Source of the DNA: Dehalococcoidia bacterium
Lineage (GTDB): Bacteria; Chloroflexota; Dehalococcoidia; Lucifugimonadales; CATQGZ01
Direction: 5' to 3'
Assembly (NCBI GenBank): GCA_965223945.1
Contig: CBDCXW010000008.1
Coordinates: 1,062,794-1,126,793, forward strand
Length of the DNA stretch: 64,000 nt
The translations under genes were made by a program, and so were the position numbers. This document shows, piece by piece, positions 42,875 to 52,661 of this stretch (position 1 is its first letter; each line of letters begins with the position of its first letter). The notes beneath the pieces are model-generated. The model was not told the origin of the DNA and ran no database searches. It saw only the letters and a program-made list of their open reading frames with translations.

Positions 42875-43340
42875 CCTCGAGCGCGAGGTGGTGCTCCGGC
42901 CTAGACTCGTCGCATTATACGGACTTATGTTCTGTCAGTCAAGTCCCGGTTTGCGGGTATGGTGAACAAGAGACTGGATTGGCTGACGCCGCCACGCTGG
43001 CGGCCGGTCGTCGCCCGCTAGACCCTGGCCTTCGCCGGAGTGACGGTGTATGGAGGCAGGGCAATCGCATTTTGACATTGGCTCGCCTCCGGTGAGCGAG
43101 CCGGAGACCGCGAGGTGAGGCAGGGCCTGGCGTTGCTCGACGGAAAATTCTCCAGATGTGTCTCGCTTGTTATCATTTATGGTGATTTCATAGCTGGGCG
43201 TCGAGATTTGGCGAGTCACTTGCGAGACGTTCGTGAGACGCTTTCATGTCAATGACGGAGCGATGGTCCCAGCAGCGAGGCTGTGGGCTTTGTCGGACTG
43301 TGTGCTAGAATTGCGCCCGACCAAACGGGAGAGCAGGTAA

Positions 43341-44393
43341 ATGGACGTGATCAACTTTCTCAGCGACACCGCTACTCTACCGTCCCCCGAGATGAGGCAG
43401 GCGATCTTCGAGGCCGAGATGGGCGACGACGTGTCCGGGGAGGACCCGTCAGCGAACCGGCTGCAGGAGATGGCGGCGGACATGCTCGGGAAGGAGGATG
43501 CTCTCATCGTGAGCAGCGGCACGATGGGTAACCTGGTGGCCTCCCTTGCCCACTGCCAGCGGGGCGACGAGATGATCGTCGGCGAGCTCTCGCACATCAG
43601 CAGGGGCGAGGCCGGAGGGCCGTCGGTCCTCGGCGGAATCGCCATCAAGACGATCATGGAGGACGAGTACGGGCGGCTCGACCTCGACGAGGTGAAGGCG
43701 GCGATAAAGCCCGACGACATGCACTTTCCCCGGACGGCGATGGTGGCGATAGAGAACACTCACAACGCCACCGGAGGGACGCCTCTGACCCCTGAGTACA
43801 CGAAGGCGGTCGCCGACGTGGCCCACTCGTACGAGCTCCAGCTGCACGTGGACGGCGCCCGCCTGTTCGATGCCGTCGTCGCCCTGGAGACTCCGGCGGC
43901 GGAGCTGGTCAGGGACGCAGACACCGTCAGCTTCTGCCTCTCGAAGAGCCTCGGGGCTCCCATAGGCTCCGTGCTGTGCGGGACTCACGATTTCGTCGAG
44001 CGGGCTAGGCGGTGGCGCAAGATACTGGGCGGAGGCATGCGCCAGGTCGGCGTCTTCGCATCAGCCGGAATCTACGCGCTGGAGCACAACGTGGAACGGC
44101 TCGCCGAGGACCACGCGAACGCCCGCAGGCTGGCCAGGGGCTTGGCGAAGATACCGGGAATCTCCATCGACGTCGACAGGGTGCACACCAACCTGGTCTT
44201 CTTCGAGGTGACCCGCGGCGATCCGGCCGAGCTCGCACGGAAGCTCGCAGAAAGAGGCGTCAGGGGAGCGAACCCGGGGCGCCGGTGGCGGTTCGTTCCT
44301 CACTACGGGATCACCTCCGCCGATATCGACCGGGCGCTGGATATCATCGACTCTGTATTCAGAGAGTATGGGGGCAACCATGACCAGCAATGA
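43341..44393 (+). CDS. ltaE: low-specificity L-threonine aldolase
   Basis: 350 aa. INFLSDTATLPSPEMRQAI..GDDVSGEDPS and the PLP-enzyme pattern. A TGcTAGAAT extended -10 lies at about 43302-43311. Confidence 0.88.
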   Translation: MDVINFLSDTATLPSPEMRQAIFEAEMGDDVSGEDPSANRLQEMAADMLGKEDALIVSSGTMGNLVASLAHCQRGDEMIVGELSHISRGEAGGPSVLGGIAIKTIMEDEYGRLDLDEVKAAIKPDDMHFPRTAMVAIENTHNATGGTPLTPEYTKAVADVAHSYELQLHVDGARLFDAVVALETPAAELVRDADTVSFCLSKSLGAPIGSVLCGTHDFVERARRWRKILGGGMRQVGVFASAGIYALEHNVERLAEDHANARRLARGLAKIPGISIDVDRVHTNLVFFEVTRGDPAELARKLAERGVRGANPGRRWRFVPHYGITSADIDRALDIIDSVFREYGGNHDQQ

Positions 44394-45435
44394 CCTGTCG
44401 GGCAAGGCACAGACAGTACTGGGACCGGTGGACCCCGGTCAACTCGGCAGGACGCTCACCCACGAGCACATCCTCTTCGACGGTTCCCGGACGTCGTCGT
44501 GGTTCCCAAGTGCGAGCGACCAGGCCTTCTACGAGAAGCCGGTGTCCCAGGAGGTGCTCGGCCGAATGCGTCACCGCCTCAAGCCGAACCGTGACAACGG
44601 GCGGCTGGAGGACGTCCAGACGGCCATTGAGGAGGTCGGGCTGTTCAAGCAGTACGGTGGGGGCACGCTTGTCGAGGTGTCGAGCATTGGGATAGGCCGC
44701 GATCCAATCGGCCTTGCCCGGGTCTCCAACGCCACGGGCGTGAACATCGTGATGGGCGCTTCTTACTACGTAAATACGCACCACCCGCCCGGGATGGACG
44801 ACCTGACAGAAGACGACATCGTCGACCGGATCGCAGGCGACATCACCGAGGGCGCCGACGGGACGGGAATAAGGTCGGGCATAATCGGCGAGGTCGGCTG
44901 TGCATGGCCTCTGACCGACAACGAGCGGAAGGTCCTCCGGGCCTCTGCTAGAGCGCAGCGCATGACAGGAGCCCCGCTGTTGATACACCCCGGCCGGGAT
45001 GAAACGGCCCCGCTGGAGATAATCGAGATCCTGGATGAGGCGGGGGCTGACCTCTCGCACACCATCATGGGTCACCTGGACAGGACGGTCTTCGAGCGCG
45101 GTACGCTCAAGCGGATCGCTGAGTCGGGCTGCTACATGGAGTGGGACCTGTTCGGCTGGGTCGGCTCCTACTACTCGATGAACCTCAACATCGACATGCC
45201 CAGCGACGACCAGCGGCTGGAACGGATCGCCTGGATATCCTCTGAGGGCTACGGCCGCAAGGTTGTCGTGGCGCACGATATATGTTCCAAGCTCCGTCTC
45301 GAGAAGTACGGCGGCCACGGGTACTCGTACATACTGGACCACATCGCTCCGAGGATGCTGTACCGGGGCTTCACCCCTGAAGGCGTTCACGACATCCTGG
45401 TCTCCAACCCGGCGGTGGCGCTTACGTTCCGGTAG
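44368..45435 (+). CDS. phosphotriesterase-related (PTER/amidohydrolase) protein
   Basis: LGRTLTHEHILFD metal-binding HxH. ATG at 44380 is an alternative start. Confidence 0.85.
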   Translation: MGATMTSNDLSGKAQTVLGPVDPGQLGRTLTHEHILFDGSRTSSWFPSASDQAFYEKPVSQEVLGRMRHRLKPNRDNGRLEDVQTAIEEVGLFKQYGGGTLVEVSSIGIGRDPIGLARVSNATGVNIVMGASYYVNTHHPPGMDDLTEDDIVDRIAGDITEGADGTGIRSGIIGEVGCAWPLTDNERKVLRASARAQRMTGAPLLIHPGRDETAPLEIIEILDEAGADLSHTIMGHLDRTVFERGTLKRIAESGCYMEWDLFGWVGSYYSMNLNIDMPSDDQRLERIAWISSEGYGRKVVVAHDICSKLRLEKYGGHGYSYILDHIAPRMLYRGFTPEGVHDILVSNPAVALTFR

Positions 45436-45470
45436 TCATACAGCGCGTTCTGCCAGAGGGGAATCGGCGG

Positions 45471-45530
45471 CGGATCTTCCGTCCTGACGCAGGCAACGTC
45501 TACGACGTGGACCTGGTCGACTATCATTAA
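45471..45530 (+). pseudogene. 3'-terminal remnant of a HigB (plasmid-maintenance killer) toxin gene
   Basis: Translates to [19 protein letters not shown], the characteristic HigB C-terminus. The N-terminal roughly 70 codons are absent. Sits 13 nt upstream of higA. Confidence 0.6.
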
Positions 45531-45543
45531 GAGGGGGAGAAAG

Positions 45544-45834
45544 ATGCCGATGAAGAATCCGCCTCATCCTGGGCTATCCATTCGTCACGACTGCCTGGAG
45601 CCGCTTGGCCTGAACGTAACGGAGGCGGCACGAAAGCTGGGTGTGAGCCGCAAGCAGCTTTCAAGTGTGCTGAACGGTCGCTCAGGAATATCGCCTGAGA
45701 TGGCGATCCGTCTCGACATGGCATTCGGTGGCGGCGCCTCCACCTGGCATCAGATGCAGGCGGCATACGACCTGGCGCGGACAGCCAGGAAGGCTGGTAG
45801 TATCGACGTCGAGCGTGTTGTAGTCGAGGCTTAG
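45544..45834 (+). CDS. higA: HigA-family antitoxin (HTH)
   Basis: 96 aa. [50 protein letters not shown] is the HigA/VapI signature. Confidence 0.85.
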   Translation: MPMKNPPHPGLSIRHDCLEPLGLNVTEAARKLGVSRKQLSSVLNGRSGISPEMAIRLDMAFGGGASTWHQMQAAYDLARTARKAGSIDVERVVVEA

Positions 45835-45890
45835 GAGTGAGAACCTAACTCCATTTTGGCCTTATGTCGGAATCTCGGAGGAGTCTTTAA

Positions 45891-46646
45891 ATGGCCGTCA
45901 ATAGAGCAAAGCAGCGGATGCTGGAAGGGAAGCCTGCCATAGGAGGCGAGGTGGGTCTGGGCTCGCCGCTCTCCGCTGAGCTCATGTCTCCCCTTGGCTT
46001 CGACTTCGTCCTGGTCGACAACCAGCACGGATTCTGGCAGGACCAGAACTCGATGCTTGCCTTCAGGGCCATCAGCCTGGGTCCGGCCGTACCAATGGCC
46101 AGGGTACGGAGGAACGACTTCGGACTCATCGGACGGCTCCTCGACATGGGATGTATGGGGATGGTGGTGCCGATGGTCAACAACGCTGAGGAGGCGGAGG
46201 CCGCCGTGTTCGCCACCCGCTACCCGCCGCTCGGTGGCCGCTCCATCGGGCCGTTTGGCACGGGCTTCCTGGGTGACGACTACGACGACTGGGCCAACGA
46301 CCAGATCTTTCTGGCCGTCCAGATCGAGACGGACGACGGGGCGAAGAACGCGGAGGAGATCATGGCGGTCGACGGCATCGACGGATGCTGGATCGGCCCC
46401 GGGGACCTGAGCCGCTACATGCGCCTCGACCTGAATACCAAGGAGGGCAGGGAGGTCCACAGTACGACGATACGCTCCATCATCGCCGCCTGCCGCCGTG
46501 CAGGGAAGATACCCGGCATCTCCACGCCGTCGCCGTCACTCGCACAGCGCTGGATCGACGAAGGCTGCCTCTTCGTCACCGCGGGAGCAGACTCGGAGTG
46601 GGTCGTGAACAAGGCGCGTGAAACCCTTCAGGCGCTCGGGCGCTGA
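45891..46646 (+). CDS. HpcH/HpaI-family 2-keto-3-deoxy-acid aldolase
   Basis: 251 aa. FDFVLVDNQHG...MVPMVNNAEEA...YPPLGGRS. Confidence 0.85.
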   Translation: MAVNRAKQRMLEGKPAIGGEVGLGSPLSAELMSPLGFDFVLVDNQHGFWQDQNSMLAFRAISLGPAVPMARVRRNDFGLIGRLLDMGCMGMVVPMVNNAEEAEAAVFATRYPPLGGRSIGPFGTGFLGDDYDDWANDQIFLAVQIETDDGAKNAEEIMAVDGIDGCWIGPGDLSRYMRLDLNTKEGREVHSTTIRSIIAACRRAGKIPGISTPSPSLAQRWIDEGCLFVTAGADSEWVVNKARETLQALGR

Positions 46647-46672
46647 GGGCCTTCGAAAGAAGAAAACCAAAT

Positions 46673-47059
46673 ATGGCTATAGAGGTGATAAGAGACCCCG
46701 GCAGCGCGGCGCCCATAGGCCCGTACTCCCAGGGAATCAAGGCAGGCGGCTTCGTCTTCGTGGCCGGAGAGAAGGGGATAGACCCCGCCACGGGAGAGAT
46801 TGTCGAGGGCGGTATCGAGGTCGAGACACGGCAGACCCTGGAAAACGTCAAGGGCATCCTGGCGGCCGCGGGAGCTACGATGGACGATGTCGTGGCGACG
46901 GCGGTCCACATGGTGAACCTCGACGAGTTCGCCCGCATGAACGCTGTCTACGGCACCTACTTCAAGGCCAACCCACCCGGCCGCACGACGGTCGGAGTCA
47001 CTTCGTTGCCCGCGGGAGCGGCGGTGGAGATAACAGCTACGGCCTACGTCGGGGGCTGA
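46673..47059 (+). CDS. ridA: RidA/YjgF-family reactive-intermediate deaminase
   Basis: 128 aa. APIGPYSQGIKAGGFVFVAGEKGIDP...RTTVGVTSLPAGAAVEI. Confidence 0.9.
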   Translation: MAIEVIRDPGSAAPIGPYSQGIKAGGFVFVAGEKGIDPATGEIVEGGIEVETRQTLENVKGILAAAGATMDDVVATAVHMVNLDEFARMNAVYGTYFKANPPGRTTVGVTSLPAGAAVEITATAYVGG

Positions 47060-47103
47060 CAAACCCTCCTAGACAGCTCGGGTGTAGAGCACGCGCCGGC
47101 GAC

Positions 47104-47517
47104 TCACGCTGGCGTCGAGGCCCCGTTGTCGAGTGCCAGTATCCGCTCGACGAACCGAGTCACCATATAGCGGTCCGCGAGTTCGAAGTCTTCCATGAAC
47201 CCGTGATAGAAGTAGGCGTGAAACTTCTCTGCAACCACGAATTCCGTCCGTAAAGCGGGGTCGTCGTACTCCTCCGCGAATCTGACGACCGATTCCTTCA
47301 ATTGTGAGTGGCTTCCGCACGGCCAGCCGCGCCGCCTGGCAGCGGCAATCACGGCGTGGGATGCTGCGCCCCACGTCTTCTCAGAGCCCTGAAGGACATC
47401 GCCGGCACCAAACTCCCGTTCCGCCGCTTCGAGAAAATCCCTCGCTGTTTGTGTGTGCTCTTGGACCTGCATGGTCTCCGTCCCGGTTCTGTGAATGTTA
47501 ACCGCCATGTCGCTCAC
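47104..47517 (-). CDS. PaREP1-like (HEPN-related, archaeal-type) protein, tentative
   Basis: ARDFLEAAEREFGAGDVLQGSEKTWGAASHAVIAAARRRGW..SHSQL...KFHAYFYHG resembles the PaREP1 consensus as I recall it. Not verified. Confidence 0.45.
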   Translation of the reverse strand: MSDMAVNIHRTGTETMQVQEHTQTARDFLEAAEREFGAGDVLQGSEKTWGAASHAVIAAARRRGWPCGSHSQLKESVVRFAEEYDDPALRTEFVVAEKFHAYFYHGFMEDFELADRYMVTRFVERILALDNGASTPA

Positions 47518-47559
47518 CTCCCCCCTTGCCTGTCCAGTCTACCACGAGCCTGCTTTACG

Positions 47560-47973
47560 CTATCCGACCGGGTGCCGCCGTCCGATAAGCGGGCTCCAGA
47601 GTCCGACGCCAATACCAACCACCACGCCGGGAACCACGCTGATCGACGCGCCTGCCAGCATGCTGATGGTCGACTCGACGAATAAGCCGAGAGAGAGGCC
47701 CACGAGTGCGCTGACGACGGTGCCGGCGAGCACCGCGGCTGCTGCCCGGGCACTGGTGATTGCGCTCCTCCCGACAAAAGCGCCGACGATGGCGCCGGTG
47801 GGAGTGCCAACCACCATGCCAATCCCGACACCGCCGGCTATAGTGATGCCGGGGTACTTTCCTATGCCGTCCAGCATGAGGTGAGTCAGGCCCGCGAGTG
47901 TGCCGAGGACCACACCAACGCAGGCGCCGCAGGCAACACCGACGCTGCCACCGGAAACCACTCTATCCAACAT
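47560..47973 (-). CDS. glycine-zipper multi-pass membrane protein
   Basis: About 137 aa of GxxxG/GxxxA-rich hydrophobic segments. Start taken at codon 19 of ORF 47560..48027 to avoid overlap with rarA. Confidence 0.5.
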   Translation of the reverse strand: MLDRVVSGGSVGVACGACVGVVLGTLAGLTHLMLDGIGKYPGITIAGGVGIGMVVGTPTGAIVGAFVGRSAITSARAAAAVLAGTVVSALVGLSLGLFVESTISMLAGASISVVPGVVVGIGVGLWSPLIGRRHPVG

Positions 47974-48002
47974 TCCGATACCTCCCTTCAGCACTGGAAG
48001 AC

Positions 48003-49334
48003 CTACTCGGGTGGTTGACTGTCCCACCAGCGCCGCAGGCGTTCGGCGGCCTCCTTCTCGTAGCCCTGGTCGCCGGGCCGGTAGTAGCGCCTCCCACGCA
48101 GACTCGGCGGCAGGTTCTCCATCGGAGCGAAGTGCTCCTCGTAGTCGTGGCTGTACTTGTAGCCCCGGCCATAGCCCATGTCCCGCATGAGTCCCGTGAC
48201 AGCGTTGCGGAGGTGGAGCGGGACGGGTTCGTTGACCGTCTTGCGGACATCGTCCAGGGCCTCCGATATCGCCATGTATGCCGAGTTGCTCTTGGGGGCC
48301 GTGGCCAGGTAGACGGTCGCCTCCGCCAGCGGGATCCTTCCCTCCGGCATCCCGACGAAGTGGACGGCCTGCTGGGCGGCGACCGCCACCGACAGGGCCT
48401 GCGGGTCGGCCATGCCGATGTCTTCCGCGGCCAGTATGACCAGTCTGCGGGCGATGAACATAGGGTCTTCGCCGGCCTCTATCATCCGCGCCAGCCAGTA
48501 GACGGAGGCGTTGGCATCGGAGCCTCGCACCGACTTGATGAAGGCGGAGATGGTGTCGTAGTGGTGGTCTCCACCCTTGTCGTAGACGGCAGATCTCTTC
48601 TGCATGGCGTCCTCGACCGTGGATGGCGTGACGCGCCTAATTCCCTGGGAGTCTGGATCAGTGGCGGAGGCCGCGAGCTCCAGGGCGTTTAGGGCGGTAC
48701 GGGCGTCCGAGTTGGACAGCCTCAGCAACAGGTCCATGGCCTCTTCGTCGAGCTCTACGTTGAGCGAACCCAGGCCGCGTTCGCTGTCGTCGATCGCTCT
48801 GCGGACAATCTGCTCGATCTGCTCGAGGGACAGGGGCTTGAGAGCGAACACACGGCTGCGGGAGAGCAGGGGAGAGACGACTTCGAAGGAAGGGTTCTCG
48901 GTGGTGGCCCCGATGAGCACCACCGTCCCGTTCTCGACGTGCGGAAGGACCACGTCCTGCTGCGCCTTGTTGAAGCGGTGTATCTCGTCGACGAACAGGA
49001 TTGTGCGCTGGCCGTGCATCCCAAGGCGCTCCCTGGCCTCCGCCGCTATCTTCCTGAGGTCGGCGACGCCCGATGCCACGGCGCTGATCGCGCTGAAGTG
49101 GCTCTCCGTCACGCCGGCTACGAGCGTGGCAAGCGTCGTCTTGCCGGTGCCCGGAGGCCCCCACAAAATGATGGACGGGACCCGGTCGGCCTCGATGCTT
49201 CGCCGCAGGACTCGGCCCGGCCCGATGATCTCATCCTGGCCGACGAACTCGTCGAACGACCTCGGCCGCATCCGCGCCGCCAGGGGCGCATGTCGGTCGA
49301 GCTGTCTCCGGGCGCTCTCCTCGAATAGCGTCAC
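48003..49334 (-). CDS. rarA: replication-associated recombination protein A (AAA+)
   Basis: 443 aa, GTG start. ILWGPPGTGKTTLA Walker A, ILFVDEIHRFNK, and the MgsA C-terminal domain. Confidence 0.93.
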   Translation of the reverse strand: MTLFEESARRQLDRHAPLAARMRPRSFDEFVGQDEIIGPGRVLRRSIEADRVPSIILWGPPGTGKTTLATLVAGVTESHFSAISAVASGVADLRKIAAEARERLGMHGQRTILFVDEIHRFNKAQQDVVLPHVENGTVVLIGATTENPSFEVVSPLLSRSRVFALKPLSLEQIEQIVRRAIDDSERGLGSLNVELDEEAMDLLLRLSNSDARTALNALELAASATDPDSQGIRRVTPSTVEDAMQKRSAVYDKGGDHHYDTISAFIKSVRGSDANASVYWLARMIEAGEDPMFIARRLVILAAEDIGMADPQALSVAVAAQQAVHFVGMPEGRIPLAEATVYLATAPKSNSAYMAISEALDDVRKTVNEPVPLHLRNAVTGLMRDMGYGRGYKYSHDYEEHFAPMENLPPSLRGRRYYRPGDQGYEKEAAERLRRWWDSQPPE

Positions 49335-49335
49335 G

Positions 49336-49570
49336 TTACGCAGTCTCCATGAGGAACTCGCGGATGGCGCGCGCGGTCACCTCCGGCTGCTCGACCCACG
49401 GCTCGTGCCCGGCACGGTCTATGCTCACGTGGCGGCTGTCGGGAATCAGCCGCGCCACCTGAGCGCGGGGCCGGCCCACCGTGGCAGAGCACGACGGGGG
49501 GACCGCTGCCCTGCGTGGCGGTCCAGAGGGAAACCCCGTTTGCCGTTACCCGCCGTTCGGATATGGGCAT
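49336..49570 (-). pseudogene. alpha/beta-hydrolase gene remnant with a large internal deletion
   Basis: An N-terminal piece (MPISERRVTANGVSLWTATQGSGPPVVLCHGGP) is joined out of frame to a C-terminal piece (..IPDSRHVSIDRAGHEPWVEQPEVTARAIREFLMETA*). The roughly 200-codon core is missing. Confidence 0.6.
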
Positions 49571-49578
49571 GTGATTGC

Positions 49579-50952
49579 CTAAGGACTGATCAACGCCTGA
49601 GAAACCCCGCGAACGAGCGTCTCGTCGAGATGCGGAGGCGTCGTGCGTGGGTCGAGCAACACCCGCTCGTCTTCGATGCGTCCGATTATGGGCGGCGAAC
49701 AGCGTCGCAGCTTCGCGGCGAGGGAGCTGGCGCCCCCCGGCATCGTCGAAGCATCGATCGAAAGGAGGGAGGTGGCCATCGTCTCCCCCGGCAGGCTGCC
49801 GCCGCCAACGGTCGATTGTCCGGGAACGACGGAGGTCGGGCCGCCGATGGCTGAACGCCAAGCCTCGGCCCGTTCGGCCAGCGAGTCGGGCGACCGGGCG
49901 ATCATCTCCCAGATCGGGATTTTGGCCGCCGCCTCGTCTCTGAGATAGTGCAGCAGGGTTGCCGTCAGGGTGGCGATGCTCACCTTGTCGATCCGAACGG
50001 CCCGCGCGAGCGGGTGGCGCGACACGTCGGCGACGAGGTTCCTCTTCCCGGCGACGATGCCGGCCTGCGGCCCGCCAAGCAGCTTGTCTCCGGAGAAGAA
50101 GGCGAGGGAGGCTCCTGCTTCGACGCTCTCCTGGGGCATGGGCTCATGCGCCAGGCCGAACCGGGCAGTATCCAGCAGGCATCCGCTGCCGAGATCGTGG
50201 AGAACGGGGATGCCCGAACGCGCTCCGAGATCCGACAGCTCCCGGAGTGAAGGGGCGTGCGTGAAGCCGACGACGCGGAAGTTGCTGGCGTGAACGGACA
50301 GGATGGCCCCGGTGTTCTCCGTGATGGCGGCCTCGAAGTCCCGGACGTAGGTCCGGTTGGTCGTTCCAACCTCTACCAGGGTTGCGCCGCTCTGCCTGAG
50401 CACGTCTGGTATGCGGAAGCCGCCGCCGATCTCGACCGCCTCCGCTCTTGAGACGATAACCTCCTTGCCGGTGGCAAGGGCCGCGAGGCCGAGCAGGACG
50501 GCCGAGGCGTTGTTGTTTACCACCAGCGCGGCCTCTGCGCCCGTGAGCCTGCACAGCAGGTCGGAAACGTGCTTCTGGCGCGACCCGCGGTGGCCGGTAT
50601 CCAGGTCAAGCTCAAGGTCGCTGTACCCGGCGGCGGTCCTCTGTGCGGCCTCGATGGCCTCGGCGCTGAGGGGGGCGCGCCCCAGGTTGGTGTGGAGCAC
50701 GACGCCCGTGGCGTTGATGAGCGGCGACGGCCATGGGCGCCAGAGAGCCTCCGCGCGCTGCTCTATGGCTGCTGCGAGGTCGTCGTATCCGGGGGCCGAG
50801 CTGCCCTCGCCTATCGCCTCTCTGGACTCTGCCAGGGTCTCCCTTACGAGAGCCAGGACGGGCTCCCGGGAGTAGCTGTCTATCAGCGCCTGGACCCGGG
50901 GGTCGCCTGCCAGCCGATCGACGCTGGGCAGGGCTCGGTGCGGGCTTGTCAA
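49579..50952 (-). CDS. selA: L-seryl-tRNA(Sec) selenium transferase
   Basis: 457 aa. VLHTNLGRAPLS and FSGDKLLGGPQAG (PLP lysine) are SelA motifs. Confidence 0.9.
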   Translation of the reverse strand: MTSPHRALPSVDRLAGDPRVQALIDSYSREPVLALVRETLAESREAIGEGSSAPGYDDLAAAIEQRAEALWRPWPSPLINATGVVLHTNLGRAPLSAEAIEAAQRTAAGYSDLELDLDTGHRGSRQKHVSDLLCRLTGAEAALVVNNNASAVLLGLAALATGKEVIVSRAEAVEIGGGFRIPDVLRQSGATLVEVGTTNRTYVRDFEAAITENTGAILSVHASNFRVVGFTHAPSLRELSDLGARSGIPVLHDLGSGCLLDTARFGLAHEPMPQESVEAGASLAFFSGDKLLGGPQAGIVAGKRNLVADVSRHPLARAVRIDKVSIATLTATLLHYLRDEAAAKIPIWEMIARSPDSLAERAEAWRSAIGGPTSVVPGQSTVGGGSLPGETMATSLLSIDASTMPGGASSLAAKLRRCSPPIIGRIEDERVLLDPRTTPPHLDETLVRGVSQALISP

Positions 50953-51082
50953 ATGGCCTCTCCTGGATCGTGCAGGGCGCCATTATACCCCAGCGCCGCA
51001 AACGTCTTCCGATGCCTCTGTCACACCTCCCCCACGTGGTCCGATGCTCGCCGGAACGAGGCGGAGCGCACTCATGCCGCCG

Positions 51083-51111
51083 TTGACCGTGTATGGGGCC
51101 TACTGTAGAAT
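51083..51111 (+). promoter_or_regulatory. sigma70-like promoter TTGACC-17-TAGAAT upstream of coaE
   Basis: TTGACC at 51083-51088 and TAGAAT at 51106-51111. Confidence 0.35.
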
Positions 51112-51140
51112 GTGGAGGATTTCCCGAACTACAGGTAGGC

Positions 51141-51764
51141 ATGTTCGTAATAGGTCTCACCGGAGGAATAGGTACAGGCAAGTCGCAGGTCGCTGCCATA
51201 CTCGAAGAGCTTGGAGCAGCCGCCATCAACGCCGACCTCTTGGGTCACGAAGCCTACCTTCCGAACACCGAGACTTGGCGGACTATCGTCGACACCTTTG
51301 GAAGCGAGGCCCTGTCGACGAGCGGCGAGGTGGACCGCAAGAAGCTGGGAGCCATCGTATTCGGCGACCCCGCCCAGCTCGAGCGGCTGAACGCTATCAT
51401 GTTCCCCCGTATCTACGAGATGATCGAAGAACGTCTCGCAGCGTTCGAAGAGGGGGAGGGATACGAGGTTGGAGTAGTTGAGGCGGCGCTGTTTCTCGAG
51501 GCCGGCTGGGAAAGGCTGGCCACGGAGATATGGGTGGTTGCCTCGTCGGAGGAAACAGTCGTAGAGCGACTCAAGGCTCGGAACAATCTTGGCGAGGAGG
51601 CCATCAGGGCCCGCATCGGCTCGCAGATGCCGCAGGACGAGCGCATCGCGCGCGGCGATGTCCTGATCGAGAACAACGGCGGGATGGACGAGCTCAGGAG
51701 CCGAGTCGAATGTCTCTGGGAGAGCCGGGTCCACACGCGCCTGGAAAGTTCAGGTAAGGTATGA
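51141..51764 (+). CDS. coaE: dephospho-CoA kinase
   Basis: [18 protein letters not shown]-loop. Start is codon 17 of ORF 51093..51764. Confidence 0.88.
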   Translation: MFVIGLTGGIGTGKSQVAAILEELGAAAINADLLGHEAYLPNTETWRTIVDTFGSEALSTSGEVDRKKLGAIVFGDPAQLERLNAIMFPRIYEMIEERLAAFEEGEGYEVGVVEAALFLEAGWERLATEIWVVASSEETVVERLKARNNLGEEAIRARIGSQMPQDERIARGDVLIENNGGMDELRSRVECLWESRVHTRLESSGKV

Positions 51765-52657
51765 CGACACCCACCCGAACCCTATACCGCAGCTACATCA
51801 TCGAGGAGTACCACCTCACCAAGGAGCCGTACTACGTTCCGGTCGCCGACGAGGTGGAGCTGTTCGAGGCGGCTTACAAGGCGAAGATACCGGTACTCTT
51901 CAAGGGCCCTACCGGCTGCGGAAAGACGCGGTTCGTAGAGTACATGTCGTACAAGCTTGGGCAGCTCCTTACCAAGGTACGGACCGACAGCGGACAGGCC
52001 GACACAGACAGCAACGGCCACAATCTGCCGCTGGTGACCATCGCCTGCCACGAGGACCTGACTGCCAGCGACCTCGTCGGCCGCTACCTGCTCGAAGGTG
52101 CGAACACAGTCTGGATTGACGGGCCTTTGACCAGGGCGGTAAAGGCCGGGGGCATATGCTACCTGGACGAGATCGTGGAGGCGCGGAAGGACACGACCGT
52201 CCTGATTCATCCGTTGACGGACCACCGTCGGATATTGCCGGTAGAGAAGCGAGGAGAGCTGCTGGAGGCCGCCGACGGCTTCCTGCTCGTGCTTTCCTAC
52301 AATCCCGGCTACCAGAGCGCCCTCAAGGACCTGAAGCACAGCACCCGTCAGCGGTTCGTCGCGATCGAGTTCGACTATCCGCCGCGTGCCATAGAGGCCG
52401 AGATCGTTCGCCACGAATCGGGCGCCGACGAGGCCATCGCACACCAGCTCGCGAAGCTCGGTGAAAAGGTGCGGAATCTCAAGGAACATGGCCTGGGTGA
52501 GGGCGCCAGCACGAGACTGCTCATCTACGCCGGCAAGCTGATTTCCCAGGGCATCTCACCCAGGAGAGCGTGCCAGGTGGCGATCAACTGGGCGGTCACC
52601 GACGACGAGTCCGTACAGCGGAGCATCGAGGAGATCATCTCATCGATATTCGAGTAG
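51761..52657 (+). CDS. CbbQ/NirQ/NorQ-type MoxR-class AAA+ ATPase
   Basis: 298 aa. [17 protein letters not shown] Walker [13 protein letters not shown] Walker B, and the CbbQ-type C-terminus. Overlaps the coaE stop by 4 nt. Confidence 0.88.
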   Translation: MTTPTRTLYRSYIIEEYHLTKEPYYVPVADEVELFEAAYKAKIPVLFKGPTGCGKTRFVEYMSYKLGQLLTKVRTDSGQADTDSNGHNLPLVTIACHEDLTASDLVGRYLLEGANTVWIDGPLTRAVKAGGICYLDEIVEARKDTTVLIHPLTDHRRILPVEKRGELLEAADGFLLVLSYNPGYQSALKDLKHSTRQRFVAIEFDYPPRAIEAEIVRHESGADEAIAHQLAKLGEKVRNLKEHGLGEGASTRLLIYAGKLISQGISPRRACQVAINWAVTDDESVQRSIEEIISSIFE

Positions 52658-52661
52658 GCGG

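Noticed and set aside
43080-43106. Mutually exclusive hairpins GGCTCGC/GCGAGCC and CTCCGG/CCGGAG, possibly an attenuator or a Moco-like GCCUCC...GAGCC core.
   Set aside because: The site is about 235 nt from ltaE and about 500 nt from the minus-strand operon start. Resemblance to the Moco motif is only a few bases, which is too weak without a covariance-model search.
42935-43219. A 94-aa minus-strand ORF in the non-coding island.
   Set aside because: It has no motif, odd composition and no ribosome-binding site, and it spans hairpin-rich sequence.
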